Below are positions 63,229 through 64,000 of a stretch of DNA of 64,000 bases, piece by piece. Both the position numbers and the translations under genes were made by a program. The stretch lies in NCBI GenBank assembly GCA_963820435.1, contig CAWGAC010000022.1, forward strand, positions 44,050 through 108,049, given 5' to 3'. The notes under the pieces were generated by a model, which was given only the letters and a program-made list of their open reading frames with translations, did not search any database and was not told the DNA's origin. This stretch comes from an uncultured Spirochaetota bacterium (GTDB taxonomy: Bacteria; Spirochaetota; Spirochaetia; SZUA-6; Fen-1364). Numbering within the stretch: position 1 is the first letter of the stretch; every line of letters starts with the position of its first letter.

Positions 63229-63736
63229 ATGGAAACCCTAGGGAAGTTCGGCCTCGACCCGATCCTCTTCGCGGCCCAGGTCGTCAATTTCCTCATCATC
63301 GCCTGGATCATCAATCGTTTCCTCATCCGGCCCCTCATGGCGAACATGAAGGCGCGCCGGGAGAAGATTGCTCAAGGCCTGGAGGACGCGGAGAAGGCCC
63401 GCGCGGCGCTGGAAGACGCCGCAAAGGAGCGGGACAAGGTCCTGCAGGAGGCCTCCGCGGAGGCGTTCCGGCTTCTGCAGAACGCGCGGGACGAGGCGGA
63501 ACGCCTGCGCGCTGCCGCGCTGGAGCGGGCAGGCGCGGATGCGGAGCGGCTCATCGAGGAGGCGCGGGGGATCATGGCGCTGGAGCGGCAGGACATGGAG
63601 AAGGCCGTGCAGGGCCTTTCCCTCGAGCTTTCCGGGAAGATCCTGGAAAGCGTCGTGGAGGGACTTTTCAGCGATGAGGAAAAGAGCGCGGATCGTTGCC
63701 AGGGGGATCGAGCGGATCGGAAGGATGGGCAGGTGA
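63229..63736 (+). pseudogene. atpF: F0F1 ATP synthase subunit b, one frame break near its 3' end
   Basis: The frame from ATG 63229 gives METLGKFGLDPILFAAQVVNFLIIAWIINRFLIRPLMANMKARREKIAQGLEDAEKA... up to ..LFSDEEKS. The natural-looking end RIVARGIERIGRMGR* is in the frame of ORF 63368..63736. Break near 63690. Confidence 0.7.
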
Positions 63737-64000
63737 CAAGCCCGTTCGTCAGGCTCGCTCTCACTCCGGACGGCGAGGTGAACGAGCGAAGTCGCCGCCA
63801 TGCTCCTGGACCGGCTCACCCGGTCCCAGCTCAAGCAGTTCCTCGTTGCCCTGCGGCAGGAGCTGAAGCGCCGGCGCGTGTACGTCACCGTGGCAGGGAA
63901 GCCGGACCCGTCGGTGGCGCCGGCCATCGGGGAGCAGTATCCCGGGCGCGATATCGGAGTGGAGCAGGACGAGACTCTCGGGGGAGGCGTGCGCATCAGT
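63733..64000 (+). pseudogene. atpH: Probable ATP synthase delta (OSCP)-like subunit, partial and frame-broken
   Basis: GTG 63733 overlaps the atpF stop (GTGA). After about 63790 the delta-like C-terminal pattern ..RRVYVTVAGKPDPSVAPAIGEQYPGRDIGVEQDETLGGGVRI.. appears in the adjacent frame. Runs off the window. Confidence 0.4.

Noticed and set aside
1-64000. tRNA, rRNA, transposase/integrase, prophage or toxin-antitoxin genes
   Set aside because: None was recognised while reading both strands. Intergenic regions are short apart from 4062-4585, which shows no tRNA-like T-loop or acceptor features. This is a visual scan only; tRNAscan/Infernal would be decisive.

Overview
This is a 64-kb, high-GC (roughly 60-65% by eye) chromosomal segment from a diderm bacterium; TolC, LolA-like and beta-barrel OMP genes are present. 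I support about 60 protein genes. I recognised no rRNA, tRNA, CRISPR array, transposase, integrase or phage gene.

Gene content, left to right:
- tail of a sugar-binding lipoprotein gene
- a DUF5107/TPR protein
- a 3-gene sugar ABC importer
- a binding-protein / histidine-kinase / sigma54-regulator signalling module
- a TetR-controlled HlyD-ABC-TolC-ABC-ABC2-ABC2 efflux operon
- a same-strand string of amidohydrolase, CMD-like, small protein, MFS and aconitase genes
- housekeeping genes: bifunctional nuclease, archaeal-type UMP-kinase-like, SerA-like, UVR-motif protein, cupin, large TPR/Zn-ribbon protein, LolA-like, RodZ-like, rimO, pcrA, folE2
- a folE2 / aminomutase-like / small membrane protein / NagB-LmbE fusion operon
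- ferredoxin, rplM-rpsI, recX, a DUF434-like gene
- an HTH-REC / REC / acylphosphatase operon
- glmS plus a GlmU-like gene
- an OMP, a BON-like protein and a methyltransferase
- a 9-gene TCA super-operon (mdh-like, mdh, sdhAB, sucCD, sucAB, gltA)
- the start of an F-type ATP synthase operon

The strongest signals not explained by ordinary annotation:
1. About 40 reading-frame breaks plus one in-frame TAG, strongly clustered in two tracts (4.6-9.4 kb and 55.7-63.8 kb). Multi-kb neighbouring genes are intact.
2. A short GGTAC-centred GC-rich hairpin repeat family with a compensatory base-pair change. Copies lie inside the sucB inter-domain linker, where no E3-binding domain is recognisable.
3. 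Several well-formed promoter/operator architectures, including a 37-nt perfect palindrome and two apparently leaderless genes.

I do not see a self-contained, clearly novel system such as a defence island. The best candidates for new biology are listed as hypotheses. All coordinates of frame breaks come from manual frame tracing and are approximate.
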